A stretch of 64,000 nucleotides of DNA from Candidatus Cloacimonadales bacterium (GTDB lineage Bacteria; Cloacimonadota; Cloacimonadia; Cloacimonadales; JAFGVF01), in NCBI GenBank assembly GCA_963663475.2, contig CAXXJV010000001.1, positions 2,752,001-2,816,000 on the forward strand, read 5' to 3'. Positions within the stretch are counted from its first letter, which is position 1. Each line of letters begins with the position of its first letter. Both the position numbers and the translations under genes were made by a program. This document shows positions 54,149 to 64,000 of the stretch, piece after piece. The notes under the pieces are model-generated. The model worked only from the letters and a program-made list of their open reading frames with translations. It made no database searches and was not told the origin of the DNA.

Positions 54149-56149
54149 CTAAGGTTGTTGGTATATTAGTTGATTATCTCTGTATTCAGGTAAATCTAAA
54201 TACCAGTCTGGATAGGATTGTCCTGAGGATTCAGCCCAAGCTTGGAACTTATGGTAAGCATGGTTTATCTTTTTAGTTTCATAAGGATAATCCCAGCTTT
54301 CAGCAATGTTAAGAGCCCATGGGTGATTATTTACAGTTTTATAGAATCTGTTTTGATTAATGTTAGAGTTATCATCGTTAAGTCCGAAAAGAGTTAAATC
54401 AGCTAGATTACTTGGCGGATAATCGGAAAGGTGAACTTCATGTTCTCTGACTCTATCAACGAAGATAAAGGGGTTAAAAGGAATAGACCATTGCCAGTTA
54501 TCGGTATCTTGCGGACTAGTAAAAATGATATTCAGGGCAACTTTAACAGGTTGAATGTAGTTTGTGCCTGCTTGTGTATTTATGAAGTCATCATTATTTT
54601 GGGCAATAAAGTCATTAGTATTATTGATAAATCTGATAACAGCTCTTTGTCCATCTTCTAAGACTGGGTTAAAGCTAGCATGGGAAATCACATTAGAATA
54701 TGATAAAGAATCTGTTCCATCAATAATAATATAATCTTGGATCAGAGTAGAGTTAAATGGAAATTCAACTGCAAAACCATTTTGTTTTCTAGCTCCCACA
54801 GCTCTTAGTTCAAATTCAGTAATGAGGTTGGTAACCTGACCTTGAACATTTTTATGGAAAAACATATTGTAATCAATTACCATATCGTTAAAGTCATAAT
54901 CACCTTTCTGAGGCCATAAATCTTCAAAGACTAAAGTAGAATTAGAATAGTTATTAGTATGAAAAGCCTTGTTAGGGTCACTTGGGAAGTCGTCAAAGAT
55001 ATCTGATATTCCATCACCATCTTCATCATCAGGAGTATCAATTGGTTGAACATCGTCAATATCTATAGATTCAATAGGATTAGCGGTTGCATAGAATACA
55101 GCATCGTTATAATCATCATCTCCTATATTAAAGACTAAGTCCTCAAAAGCAAACAAGAGTTTTTGGTATTCATTATCATAAACTAAGATACTTTGCTGAT
55201 TATTATCTGGGTTAAGATTTGTATTAGAGAACCAAGAGTTAGTAACTAGATGAGCTCCACCACTGTACCAACCGTTATCCATCAAGACCCAGCCAATGAT
55301 TGTACCTGGTTGGAAGATACCTAAAGAAATCTTATCTCCAGGAACCAAGCCTCCACCAGAATTTACCATTGAAACATTTGGGAAAATAATCTTAACAAGA
55401 TCAATATCATCTCTACTTTGAGGAGGATTGCCTGCTTGATAGGTATAATAACCCAAAGAGTTCAAATGTCCTGCTCCTTCGTGCACAAAAGTAACCCAGA
55501 CTTCAGCGGCTTCATCAATGACAAGAACATTAAGCTGGTTACCATCAGCAAGATAAGTAGGGTGATATTGAGGGACAGGTCTGCTTTCAGGTAGAGTAGC
55601 ATCTACTTTAGTTAAAAAGGCTGCAGGAATATCATCTCTTTCCATATTAAGAGGAACACCTACTGCATTATATTCGCTTAAATATTCTAAATCTGTTTTT
55701 GGAGGACTAAGGGGTTTTTTATCATTTCTACCCTTATCATTTAGACCAGTTCCAAACTGATAACTTACACTATTATTAGTAATGGGTAATTCTAAAGAAG
55801 ACATATAGCCCATTACATAGATACTTGTTAGGTATGTTGGTAAGGTAGATTTAAAGCTTGCCCTACCTGCTTCATTTGTTGAAGCAGCTTCTAGAAGTTT
55901 TCCACCTAGACTTGGATCTTTATCATAAATTTTAAATGGTATATTAGCAACGCCTTGACCTTGACCATTAAAGACTTGGAGATCAATATTGACTAATTCT
56001 GTAGTAGAATAATTAAAGTCTTCTTGAATTTGTAAGTCTTCGAAGTCAATTTGGCTTGTGTTTGTATCATTAGAATCATCATTACTACAAGCAAAGCTTA
56101 TTAATAAAAGAGCTACTAGAATCAAAGAAGTGAGCATTTTATTTTTCAT
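54149..56149 (-). CDS. LruC-domain lipoprotein (DUF4114/DUF4842-like), paralog 1
   Basis: Lipobox SFAC after the probable ATG at 56149 (ORF track starts 56200); FVHEGAG..N..GYY, AFEDL...DDDYNDAVF, FEDLWP..GDYDFND, NPFI, PWAL. Confidence 0.82.
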   Translation of the reverse strand: MKNKMLTSLILVALLLISFACSNDDSNDTNTSQIDFEDLQIQEDFNYSTTELVNIDLQVFNGQGQGVANIPFKIYDKDPSLGGKLLEAASTNEAGRASFKSTLPTYLTSIYVMGYMSSLELPITNNSVSYQFGTGLNDKGRNDKKPLSPPKTDLEYLSEYNAVGVPLNMERDDIPAAFLTKVDATLPESRPVPQYHPTYLADGNQLNVLVIDEAAEVWVTFVHEGAGHLNSLGYYTYQAGNPPQSRDDIDLVKIIFPNVSMVNSGGGLVPGDKISLGIFQPGTIIGWVLMDNGWYSGGAHLVTNSWFSNTNLNPDNNQQSILVYDNEYQKLLFAFEDLVFNIGDDDYNDAVFYATANPIESIDIDDVQPIDTPDDEDGDGISDIFDDFPSDPNKAFHTNNYSNSTLVFEDLWPQKGDYDFNDMVIDYNMFFHKNVQGQVTNLITEFELRAVGARKQNGFAVEFPFNSTLIQDYIIIDGTDSLSYSNVISHASFNPVLEDGQRAVIRFINNTNDFIAQNNDDFINTQAGTNYIQPVKVALNIIFTSPQDTDNWQWSIPFNPFIFVDRVREHEVHLSDYPPSNLADLTLFGLNDDNSNINQNRFYKTVNNHPWALNIAESWDYPYETKKINHAYHKFQAWAESSGQSYPDWYLDLPEYRDNQLIYQQP

Positions 56150-56243
56150 ACATTCTTCCCCTATGTGCATTATTTGAGAAAATCTAATTATTTTTTGCAT
56201 TATTACAAATATTTTTTAATTAAAAATAAAATAATATAAAAAT

Positions 56244-56266
56244 AGGGGAACCATAATAGTTCCCCT
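56244..56266 (-). terminator. Hairpin between the LruC paralogs
   Basis: AGGGGAAC-cataata-GTTCCCCT; minus strand followed by ATTTTT. Confidence 0.7.
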
Positions 56267-56281
56267 GTCATCTTATCAATT

Positions 56282-58285
56282 TTATTCTTGTTCGTAAATT
56301 CTTTCAGTATTTCTGTAACCAGGCAAGTCTTTGTACCAATCAGGATATAGTGTTCCTGAGGATTCTGCCCAATCTTTGAATAATAGGTAGGCACCAATAA
56401 CATTATTCTTTTCGTAAGGGTAATCCCAGCTTTCAGCTATGTTTAAAGCCCATGGGTGGTTTTCAACAGATTTATAGAATCTATTTTGACTAAGGACTGA
56501 AGAGTCTTCATCAGTACCAAACAAGGCTAAGTCAGCTACAGAAGTTGGAGGGTAATCAGCTAAATGAATTTCATGTTCTCTAACTCTATCAACATAGATG
56601 AAAGGATTAAAAGGTGCATTCCATTGCCAATTAGCAATTTCTTCTGGATTTGTAAGCTTAATGTCTAAGGCAAACTTAATAGTTCCTTGATAGGCATTAT
56701 TCATTTCAGTATTGATAAAGTTATCTCCCTGAGCTTGAATCAAGTCCAAAGTGTTGTCTATATATACGATAGTAGCATTTGCACCAGCTTCAAGTTCTGG
56801 AGTAAAGTTTTCATCAGACAGGTAGGTAGAGTAAGTTAGAGGGTCAGAGCCATCAATTATTGTATATGATTCAATGTTAGCAGAAGAGAATGGGAATTGG
56901 ACAGCAAAGCCATTTCTAAATCTTGCACCAACAGCTCTTAGTTCAAATTCAGTAATTACATTTTTAATCTCATTATCGGCATTCTTATGGTAGAAGATGT
57001 TATAATCAACAACCATATCATTGAAGTCATAATCTCCTTTTTGAGGCCATAAATCTTCAAAAGCTAATGTTGACATACTATAATCATTGGTTTGAAATGC
57101 TCTTTCAGGGTCTAGAGGGAAATCATCAAACATGTTTGGCACGCCATCGCTATCATCATCACTAGGAACACCAATTGGGGTAACTTCAGATGTATCAATA
57201 GAATTACTAGGTTCAGCTGAAACAAAGAAAAGGGCATCATTAAAGTCATCATCTCCATAGTTATACATTAAATCTTCAAAACCAATAACTAGTTTATCGT
57301 ATTCATCATCATAGAAGAGAACGCTTTGTTGATAGCCAGTATAGTTCAATTCTTTATCTGAGTACCATGTATTTGTAACTATATGTGGTGAGCCATTATA
57401 CCAACCGTTGGCCATTAGCACCCATGCTACAACAGTGCCAGGCTCAAATTCACCAATATATACTTTATCACCAGGGACTAATCCACCACCTGATCCAACC
57501 ATTGATACATTTGGGAATACGACTGTAATTTCATCAATATCATCAGCTGTTTGAGGAGGATTATTGGCATCGAAAGTATAAAAACCAAAGACATTTTTGT
57601 GTCCAGCACCTTCGTGAACAAAGGTAATCCAAAGATCAGCTGTTTGATTAATGATAACAGCATTGAATTGATTTGCAGGATATAAGTAATGAGGTTTATT
57701 ATCAGGCACTGATACTCTTTCTGGGAGTGCATTATTAACTTTAGATAAGAAGCCTGCTTCTACTGCTTCAAAACTCATATTAGTTGGGACACCATCTACG
57801 TTATAAGTATCTAAATATGTTAAGGTAGATTTTTCTGGACTAATAATTTCTTTGTTATCAGCTTGGGAATTGAAAGAATTAGAGCCAAACTCATAATTAG
57901 CGAATCCATCACGAATAGCTATTTCACGAGCATCCATGTAACCAACCACAAACAAGGTCTTGAGATAGGAAGGTATTACTATTTTGGAAGAAAAAACACC
58001 CTTAGAATTAGTGAGACCTGAATCTAACAATCTACCACCTTCCTGTGGGTCTTTATCGTATATTTTGAAAGGTATCTTATCAACACCATTACTATTACCA
58101 TTAGATACTTTTAATTCTACATTGACGTTATCAGTGGTTGAAAAATCAAAGTTGTCTTCAATTTGAAGATCAGAAAAGTCTGCTTCAGGAACAATATTAC
58201 TAGCACTTTTAGTTGAGTTCTCACAACCAAAAGTAACAAGCAGCAATATTATAGCGCTTATTAAAACAAAATTTTTGTATTTCAT
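56282..58285 (-). CDS. LruC-domain lipoprotein, paralog 2
   Basis: Lipobox TFGC after the probable ATG at 58285 (ORF track starts 58318); collinear with paralog 1. Confidence 0.82.
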   Translation of the reverse strand: MKYKNFVLISAIILLLVTFGCENSTKSASNIVPEADFSDLQIEDNFDFSTTDNVNVELKVSNGNSNGVDKIPFKIYDKDPQEGGRLLDSGLTNSKGVFSSKIVIPSYLKTLFVVGYMDAREIAIRDGFANYEFGSNSFNSQADNKEIISPEKSTLTYLDTYNVDGVPTNMSFEAVEAGFLSKVNNALPERVSVPDNKPHYLYPANQFNAVIINQTADLWITFVHEGAGHKNVFGFYTFDANNPPQTADDIDEITVVFPNVSMVGSGGGLVPGDKVYIGEFEPGTVVAWVLMANGWYNGSPHIVTNTWYSDKELNYTGYQQSVLFYDDEYDKLVIGFEDLMYNYGDDDFNDALFFVSAEPSNSIDTSEVTPIGVPSDDDSDGVPNMFDDFPLDPERAFQTNDYSMSTLAFEDLWPQKGDYDFNDMVVDYNIFYHKNADNEIKNVITEFELRAVGARFRNGFAVQFPFSSANIESYTIIDGSDPLTYSTYLSDENFTPELEAGANATIVYIDNTLDLIQAQGDNFINTEMNNAYQGTIKFALDIKLTNPEEIANWQWNAPFNPFIYVDRVREHEIHLADYPPTSVADLALFGTDEDSSVLSQNRFYKSVENHPWALNIAESWDYPYEKNNVIGAYLLFKDWAESSGTLYPDWYKDLPGYRNTERIYEQE

Positions 58286-58481
58286 ATCTCTCTCCATCCT
58301 TAGTTTTAATCTGTACACAATATAACGCTATTGTTTATTTTGTCAAATAGTATTTTTATTATGAAAACATCTTCAGCTTTTTGGGACAAGTTTTACTTGT
58401 TATTACTTGATTAAGAGTATGATATTTTTTTGGCACTTTGCAGATTTAACTTTTAAAATATAGTCCTAGAGAAGACCTATT

Positions 58482-58860
58482 AATTTCCTTTCAATCAGTA
58501 ATTGCTTGGGTGGGCTTAATTCACTCACCTTCGCAATTCTTTTTTTTCACTTTCCATTTTATTCTTAATTTTTTCGTTCTTGTCAAGCAAGAAACTATTT
58601 CATCAATATTATTTTCTGAGTAACAGACTTGTTCTGTCCAGCAGATATTTTATAAAAATAGACACCACTTGCTACTTGCTGTTCATTGCTGTCTCTTCCT
58701 TGCCAAAGAACTTTATGCACACCTTGAGACAAATTATCTTGTAATAGTTTTTTTACCAGCTGTCCTTTCAAGTTATAGATATTTACTGAAACTTGACCCT
58801 GAACTGGATTATTAAATTCTATAGTTGTTTCTGGATTGAAGGGGTTGGGGTAATTGGTAG
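58482..58860 (-). repeat. Repeat module (FlgD-Ig coding end + 3' flank), copy 1
   Basis: High DNA identity to 61026-61395, including non-coding AGTAATTGCTTGGGTGGGCTTA. Confidence 0.88.
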
Positions 58861-60991
58861 CTGTAAAATTATTTAAAGCAATTTCGTTATCATGAGAACC
58901 AGTATAACCTTGATATTCATAACATCCCATATCTACTCTATCACCAAATACTCTGGGATTTCCCCATAAATCCAAGTCATTCACTTCATACCAGTCAGGC
59001 ATAAAGTTAAAATCTGCAGTACCAGCATCAATCGCTGGCGAGTAGCCACTCACTTCTTCACCTGATAGCTGATAATAAGAATTTATTGCAGGGTCTCCTC
59101 CTACAAAAAGAGGATCAGTGTCATAGAGATTGTTTTCTCCTAAGTTAAATAGTCCACTGCTAGTTGGAGAAAAAAGGTTTCCCAAGTTATTACTAAATAA
59201 GCAATTATCAATATCAATTGCAACTGGTCCATAATGAAAAGCAGAATTCTGTGAATTGTTAAATAAAATTGAATTATAAACTTTGATTGATTCACTTGCT
59301 ATAAAAACTGTTGTATAATCCATGCCACCAGTATTATTTGAGAAAGTGCAATTATTAACTAAAATTCTATTGCCAGCTGTATAAAAGTTCCTAGAGTTAT
59401 TTCCATCACTATTGTTTGCAATTAAGCAATTATCAATAACTATATTAAGAGAATCGTATAGTGTTAGAAATCTAAAATTAGCACCACCATAACTCTGAAC
59501 AGAACTATGATTATTAATAAATTGGCTATTTTTTACAACTAACAGATTTTTAGCATATACTTGAAATATTCCAACAGTACCAACATCACTATTATGAGTA
59601 TTGGTATTATCCTTTATGATTACATTATCTAAAGTAACATCAATACCTTGGACATATCCAACAGCTTCATAGAGGTCAGAAACACAATTTTGGATTAATA
59701 CATTTTTCATTCTAACAGATGAATAGGCAACACTTCCCAAAAGTAGAGGGCATTCTCGAATATCGTTGTTTAGACAATTATCAATTATAATATTTTCCAA
59801 ATTAAGATTCATAACTGCTGAAGACCTAAGAACACACCCTGTTCTGTTTGGTAATGATATGTTCTTAATCGTAATATTCTCCCCAGTCAATGATGCATTG
59901 ATAACCCCAGTAAAGGGAACAACTTTAATATTCTCGCCATCAATAATAGTCTCTTCAGCTGATACTCCTTGCAAAGTAGTATTACTCTTCACCGTAATTG
60001 GCAGATCTTCATAACCATTAGCACAATTACTATAATAGCCAACAGGAAGATGGACTGTCCTTTGATTATTTGGATTACTCTTGATTATCTGGAATGCTCT
60101 ATAAGTAGAGCGTAAAGCTTGTTCAGGAGTTAAGCCGTTATTATTATCATTACCCTCCATTGACACATATAAATCAGCATCTACTTGCTCATGAATTCCT
60201 TCTTCAATATCAAAAACATAATAGGGGTTATAACCAATATCTAAGTAGCCACCATTTGGATCCCAATAACTGGCATAATAAAAATCATTTTCACTAACAG
60301 TAAATTTCTTTAAATATACATCGCAGTTGCCGCCATTATGATTGTACCAATGGATATCACTTCCTAAGCTGGCATAATTATCATAGATAGAAGACCTGTT
60401 TTCTTGATCGAAAATAATACTCGGTTGCTCATCATAAGAGCTGGCTACTTGTAAGCCTCCACCTGAATCGTATCCTAAATTATTTCGGATAATAGCCCCA
60501 CTAAGATGTAAGCCAACGTTAGGGAAGATTATCACTCCCCCACCTCTATCTGCAGAGTTATACTTGATAATTGAATTAACCAAATTCATATTACCTACAA
60601 ACACATTAACTCCTCCTCCAACAGAATAACCACTTCCTTGCCAGCCTGTTCCTCCAGTTATAGTAAAACCTCTCACTAAGAAATTTGTATTATTACCATT
60701 ACAGACAATTACACTATTTTGATTAAGAGAACCGTTGATAGTTGTTATGGAAATATAAGTAGTATCATTAGTTGTTGCTTCCAGGGAAATTAGACTAAGA
60801 TTATTGGTATTACTTAAATCTATGTTTTCAAAATAAGTACCTGGATATACTAAGACTGTATCACCTGCTTCAGCACTATTAACTGCTGTTTGTATCTCTG
60901 TATAAGGTTTTGTTCCATCTAAAGAGACTTCCAAAAGAGCATGCAGGCTAAAGGAAATCAGCATTAATATGGGTATGAGTATTTTGTGCAT
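58595..60991 (-). CDS. Secreted beta-helix (pectin-lyase-like) protein with C-terminal FlgD-Ig/T9SS-like domain
   Basis: IQ.A...A..GDTVLVYPGTY.EN, GGG repeats, LYVS..GND.N.G, SPAIDAG, NYPNPFNPETTI...ASGVYFYK. Confidence 0.85.
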   Translation of the reverse strand: MHKILIPILMLISFSLHALLEVSLDGTKPYTEIQTAVNSAEAGDTVLVYPGTYFENIDLSNTNNLSLISLEATTNDTTYISITTINGSLNQNSVIVCNGNNTNFLVRGFTITGGTGWQGSGYSVGGGVNVFVGNMNLVNSIIKYNSADRGGGVIIFPNVGLHLSGAIIRNNLGYDSGGGLQVASSYDEQPSIIFDQENRSSIYDNYASLGSDIHWYNHNGGNCDVYLKKFTVSENDFYYASYWDPNGGYLDIGYNPYYVFDIEEGIHEQVDADLYVSMEGNDNNNGLTPEQALRSTYRAFQIIKSNPNNQRTVHLPVGYYSNCANGYEDLPITVKSNTTLQGVSAEETIIDGENIKVVPFTGVINASLTGENITIKNISLPNRTGCVLRSSAVMNLNLENIIIDNCLNNDIRECPLLLGSVAYSSVRMKNVLIQNCVSDLYEAVGYVQGIDVTLDNVIIKDNTNTHNSDVGTVGIFQVYAKNLLVVKNSQFINNHSSVQSYGGANFRFLTLYDSLNIVIDNCLIANNSDGNNSRNFYTAGNRILVNNCTFSNNTGGMDYTTVFIASESIKVYNSILFNNSQNSAFHYGPVAIDIDNCLFSNNLGNLFSPTSSGLFNLGENNLYDTDPLFVGGDPAINSYYQLSGEEVSGYSPAIDAGTADFNFMPDWYEVNDLDLWGNPRVFGDRVDMGCYEYQGYTGSHDNEIALNNFTATNYPNPFNPETTIEFNNPVQGQVSVNIYNLKGQLVKKLLQDNLSQGVHKVLWQGRDSNEQQVASGVYFYKISAGQNKSVTQKIILMK

Positions 60992-61025
60992 TGATCTGTC
61001 CTTTGTGTTGAATTTATTATATAAA

Positions 61026-61395
61026 AATTTCCTTACAATTAGTAATTGCTTGGGTGGGCTTATTTTCCCACCTTCACAACTCTATTTTTCACTTTTCATT
61101 TTTATCTTTTTGCTCATGCAAAGCAAGTAATTACTTCATTAAGATTATCTTATGAGTAACAGACTTCTTCTGTCCAGCAGATATTTTATAAAAATAGACA
61201 CCACTTGCCACTTGCTGTTCATTGCTGTCTCTTCCTTGCCAAACAACTTTATGTACACCTTGGTTTAAGTTATCTTGTAATAAATTCTTAACAAGCTGTC
61301 CTTTTAAGTTATAGATATTTACAGAGACTTGCCCCTGAACCGGATTATTAAATTCTATAGTTGTTTCTGGGTTGAAGGGGTTGGGGTAATTAGTA
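61026..61395 (-). repeat. Repeat module (FlgD-Ig coding end + 3' flank), copy 2
   Basis: High DNA identity to 58482-58860. Confidence 0.88.
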
Positions 61396-63851
61396 GTAAC
61401 TATCTGATTTGTTTCGATGATAGAACTATCATCTTTGGTTAATGATACATGATAGTAGTCCCTTCTATCTTTAATAATATTATCAGTATAATCCCACACC
61501 TGTAATTTACTATTGAACTCTGCTAGATGCTTAACTTTTATTGATGATTTAGCACCTGTAAAAATTTCTATGGATATCTCGCTATCATCAGGAACACCTT
61601 CCATAAAAGCTTTTACCATTACAGTAGTTTCACCCTGAGTCTTCGCTCCTCCAATACATTCTTCATCGGCATAAAGAGCAAGCTCTTCTATGTTAGAATT
61701 TTCTTGGATATCAATGAAGAAAGGAGTATAATCACTTTTCTCTTCAAAAATTACATAGGTTGCATCTTGGTATTTGAAGGAATTTGGATTGCTATAGGCA
61801 GGATATGTCCAATTAAAGGCAGTAGGAGGAATTGCATTGCTGCGATATTTAATCTCAACAAAATCACCAATTTCAAGATTGGTATTACCAGTAGATGTTT
61901 TTCCAGTCCATCGAGTTCCATTCCAATATAATGCCCAATCTTTATGTTTAATCATCTGCAAACATCCTAAAATTTCATTGAAAGCAACTAAAGCATCTGA
62001 AGTAAAAGGGACTTGATATCCTAACCAAATTCCATTCGAAGTCATTGGAAGGGGTATATCAACATCAGCATCCTGCATTAATCCTCCAAACCAGTGTCCT
62101 ATATCATTCTGAGTTCTTATCTTATATCCAATATATGGCTCTACTAATTTTTCAGGGTCGTCACCGTCAAGCCAGTAAAAGAAGTGAGGGAAATATTCAT
62201 TAAACTCATTCCAATCTAGATAGTCAACTCTTATACCGTTATATGTCTGATCATTAAAGTCTTTAAACATTACAATCATATTATTGTTAGGAAGTGTCTG
62301 AGTTATACCACCATAGTCAATAGTAGTCTCATTATCAGGGTCTAAGGCTGGGAAGCCTGTCCAGTTTTTGGTTGTAGTTCCACCATCAAAATGATGGTAT
62401 TGTTTTCTATCTTGTTCAAAGGGAATAGCTCCAATATCTATAGTGTCATCTTTATAAGTGAGTAATTTCATGTCAAAGCCAGTTTCAGAATCATCATCAT
62501 ATTTTGAAGAATAACCATTTCCTATAGCTGGATTAGGCCAAACCAGTGAAAAGTCTAATTCATCAGTGTTTTCGAAAATTGGTTCTCCTGTTATATTCAA
62601 ATCATAATTATAAGTATTACTGCAATTATTGAACATATTACTAACTAGATTATTTTGACTAACAAAATTTATTGGTAAGAATTCATAATTAGAAAATATA
62701 TTATTATGTATTTGTAGATTACTTGCTATTGTTAGGAGTTGATGACTATTACCTTGAGTATTAACCTCATTCAGAAAATTATTGTTGCTTATAGTATCTT
62801 GAGAAACAAATGTATTTAAAAAGAAAGAGAATCTGCTATCTTCAAAGGTTTCAATTACATTATTTATAAATTTTGACTTTACTCCATAATTTGCTGATGG
62901 ATAATCTATAGCGAACCTAAAACCATTGAAGATATTACCTGCAAATAATGATACAAATCTTGGTAAAGATAAAATTTCAAAACCACCCTTTCGAGATAAG
63001 TTATCAGTGCAGATTATTCCATTTCCAAAATCACAATTTGAGAATAAAAATGTTGGTAAAGTTGGATCACAGTAACGTAATTCACTATAGTTATTTTTCC
63101 AAAATATGTTCCTAGTCCCTGTAGAAGCTACAGCTGGTCCAGTATTAATAAATCGATTATTGTTCCCATGAAAAGTATATGTAGTTATATAAGTTTTATC
63201 ACCAATAAGACTACAAGAAATTCTATAACACTCTATCTGAGGAACATCTATATAACTGTCCAAACTAGTATCAAATAGACAGTTATTTACAAATAGCTCT
63301 TTCTCGTAAGATTCATTTTGGTTGTCATGTACTAATTTTATATCATTAGTAAATGGGCTTCGATATCGACCTGTAATGAAACGACAGTTTTCAATAACAG
63401 TCTTCGGAGATTTGATATTAATCCCTATATTGTATTCATAAAAATATTGACTATCGTTATGAAAAGTTATATTAGTAATTTTCATAGTCTTAAACCCTCC
63501 CCCTAACAAGGATATAACTGGATTGTAGGGTAACAATGGATATATAATTACTTGATTTTGCGCTCTTGAATAAAACTCATAACAACACAAACCTGATGTA
63601 ACCACATTCTCTCGATAAGCACCATCTTCATATACAGGATTATTTATCATTTCAGGATTTTCAAATATTTCAATTTTTATTGTATAAAGTGTATCATTGT
63701 AATTTTCTGAAGCATATTCTACTGCATCACTAATAGTCCTAAAGTTACTATCATTGTATTGCATTATTGGATTGTTTACATTTAAAAATATATCTACTGA
63801 GTAAAGATAATTAAATGCCATTAACAATATCATTACTAAAATCTTCTTCAT
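61131..63851 (-). CDS. Secreted protein, probable beta-helix N-half, C-terminal FlgD-Ig/T9SS-like domain
   Basis: Signal peptide, TISDAV, NN-rich strands, DIGA, NYPNPFNPETTIEF...KIILMK. Confidence 0.82.
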   Translation of the reverse strand: MKKILVMILLMAFNYLYSVDIFLNVNNPIMQYNDSNFRTISDAVEYASENYNDTLYTIKIEIFENPEMINNPVYEDGAYRENVVTSGLCCYEFYSRAQNQVIIYPLLPYNPVISLLGGGFKTMKITNITFHNDSQYFYEYNIGINIKSPKTVIENCRFITGRYRSPFTNDIKLVHDNQNESYEKELFVNNCLFDTSLDSYIDVPQIECYRISCSLIGDKTYITTYTFHGNNNRFINTGPAVASTGTRNIFWKNNYSELRYCDPTLPTFLFSNCDFGNGIICTDNLSRKGGFEILSLPRFVSLFAGNIFNGFRFAIDYPSANYGVKSKFINNVIETFEDSRFSFFLNTFVSQDTISNNNFLNEVNTQGNSHQLLTIASNLQIHNNIFSNYEFLPINFVSQNNLVSNMFNNCSNTYNYDLNITGEPIFENTDELDFSLVWPNPAIGNGYSSKYDDDSETGFDMKLLTYKDDTIDIGAIPFEQDRKQYHHFDGGTTTKNWTGFPALDPDNETTIDYGGITQTLPNNNMIVMFKDFNDQTYNGIRVDYLDWNEFNEYFPHFFYWLDGDDPEKLVEPYIGYKIRTQNDIGHWFGGLMQDADVDIPLPMTSNGIWLGYQVPFTSDALVAFNEILGCLQMIKHKDWALYWNGTRWTGKTSTGNTNLEIGDFVEIKYRSNAIPPTAFNWTYPAYSNPNSFKYQDATYVIFEEKSDYTPFFIDIQENSNIEELALYADEECIGGAKTQGETTVMVKAFMEGVPDDSEISIEIFTGAKSSIKVKHLAEFNSKLQVWDYTDNIIKDRRDYYHVSLTKDDSSIIETNQIVTTNYPNPFNPETTIEFNNPVQGQVSVNIYNLKGQLVKNLLQDNLNQGVHKVVWQGRDSNEQQVASGVYFYKISAGQKKSVTHKIILMK

Positions 63852-64000
63852 TATTTTTTCCTTTTTTTTTAAAATGTTAGTAAATTAAATATGGATCTCT
63901 TTTAAGTAGAGTGGGTACTACTATAATACAAAAAAAATACTAAAATAGGTTTAGAGAAATAATGCATAAAATTACTTAATTGATGGTTAATAGTATTGTG

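Overview
AT-rich bacterial chromosomal window. The FlgD-Ig/T9SS-like C-terminal domains, multi-FGE-domain protein and Gram-negative envelope genes point to Ca. Cloacimonadota/FCB group (inference only). Housekeeping genes: recJ-like DHH, divergent ATP-type PEPCK, rplU-rpmA, RNase E/G, sppA, birA, queA, coaBC, ligA-lptF-lptG-lysC-metG, rsmI, tex. Accessory content: an IS21 cut by the left edge, a Type II C5 R-M pair, a 4x FGE/CLec-domain surface protein, two tandem LruC-like lipoproteins and two FlgD-Ig cargo genes that share a near-identical 3' module. The ORF track missed the IS21 istA gene and a 59-aa 2[4Fe-4S] ferredoxin. Best candidates for undescribed biology: (1) a self-contained four-gene membrane operon (Fn3/DUF6754-like protein plus three membrane proteins, 44.5-49.6 kb) that looks like an uncharacterised transporter; (2) dispersed non-coding repeats, namely a ~59-bp perfect hairpin with a compensatory base-pair change and a ~145-bp TIR-bounded MITE, one collapsed copy of which supplies the stop codon of a NUDIX gene; (3) a ferredoxin + geranylgeranyl-reductase-like pair inside a lipid-envelope operon. 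No rRNA, tRNA or CRISPR array was seen. All family assignments are from motif recognition by eye; no searches were run.
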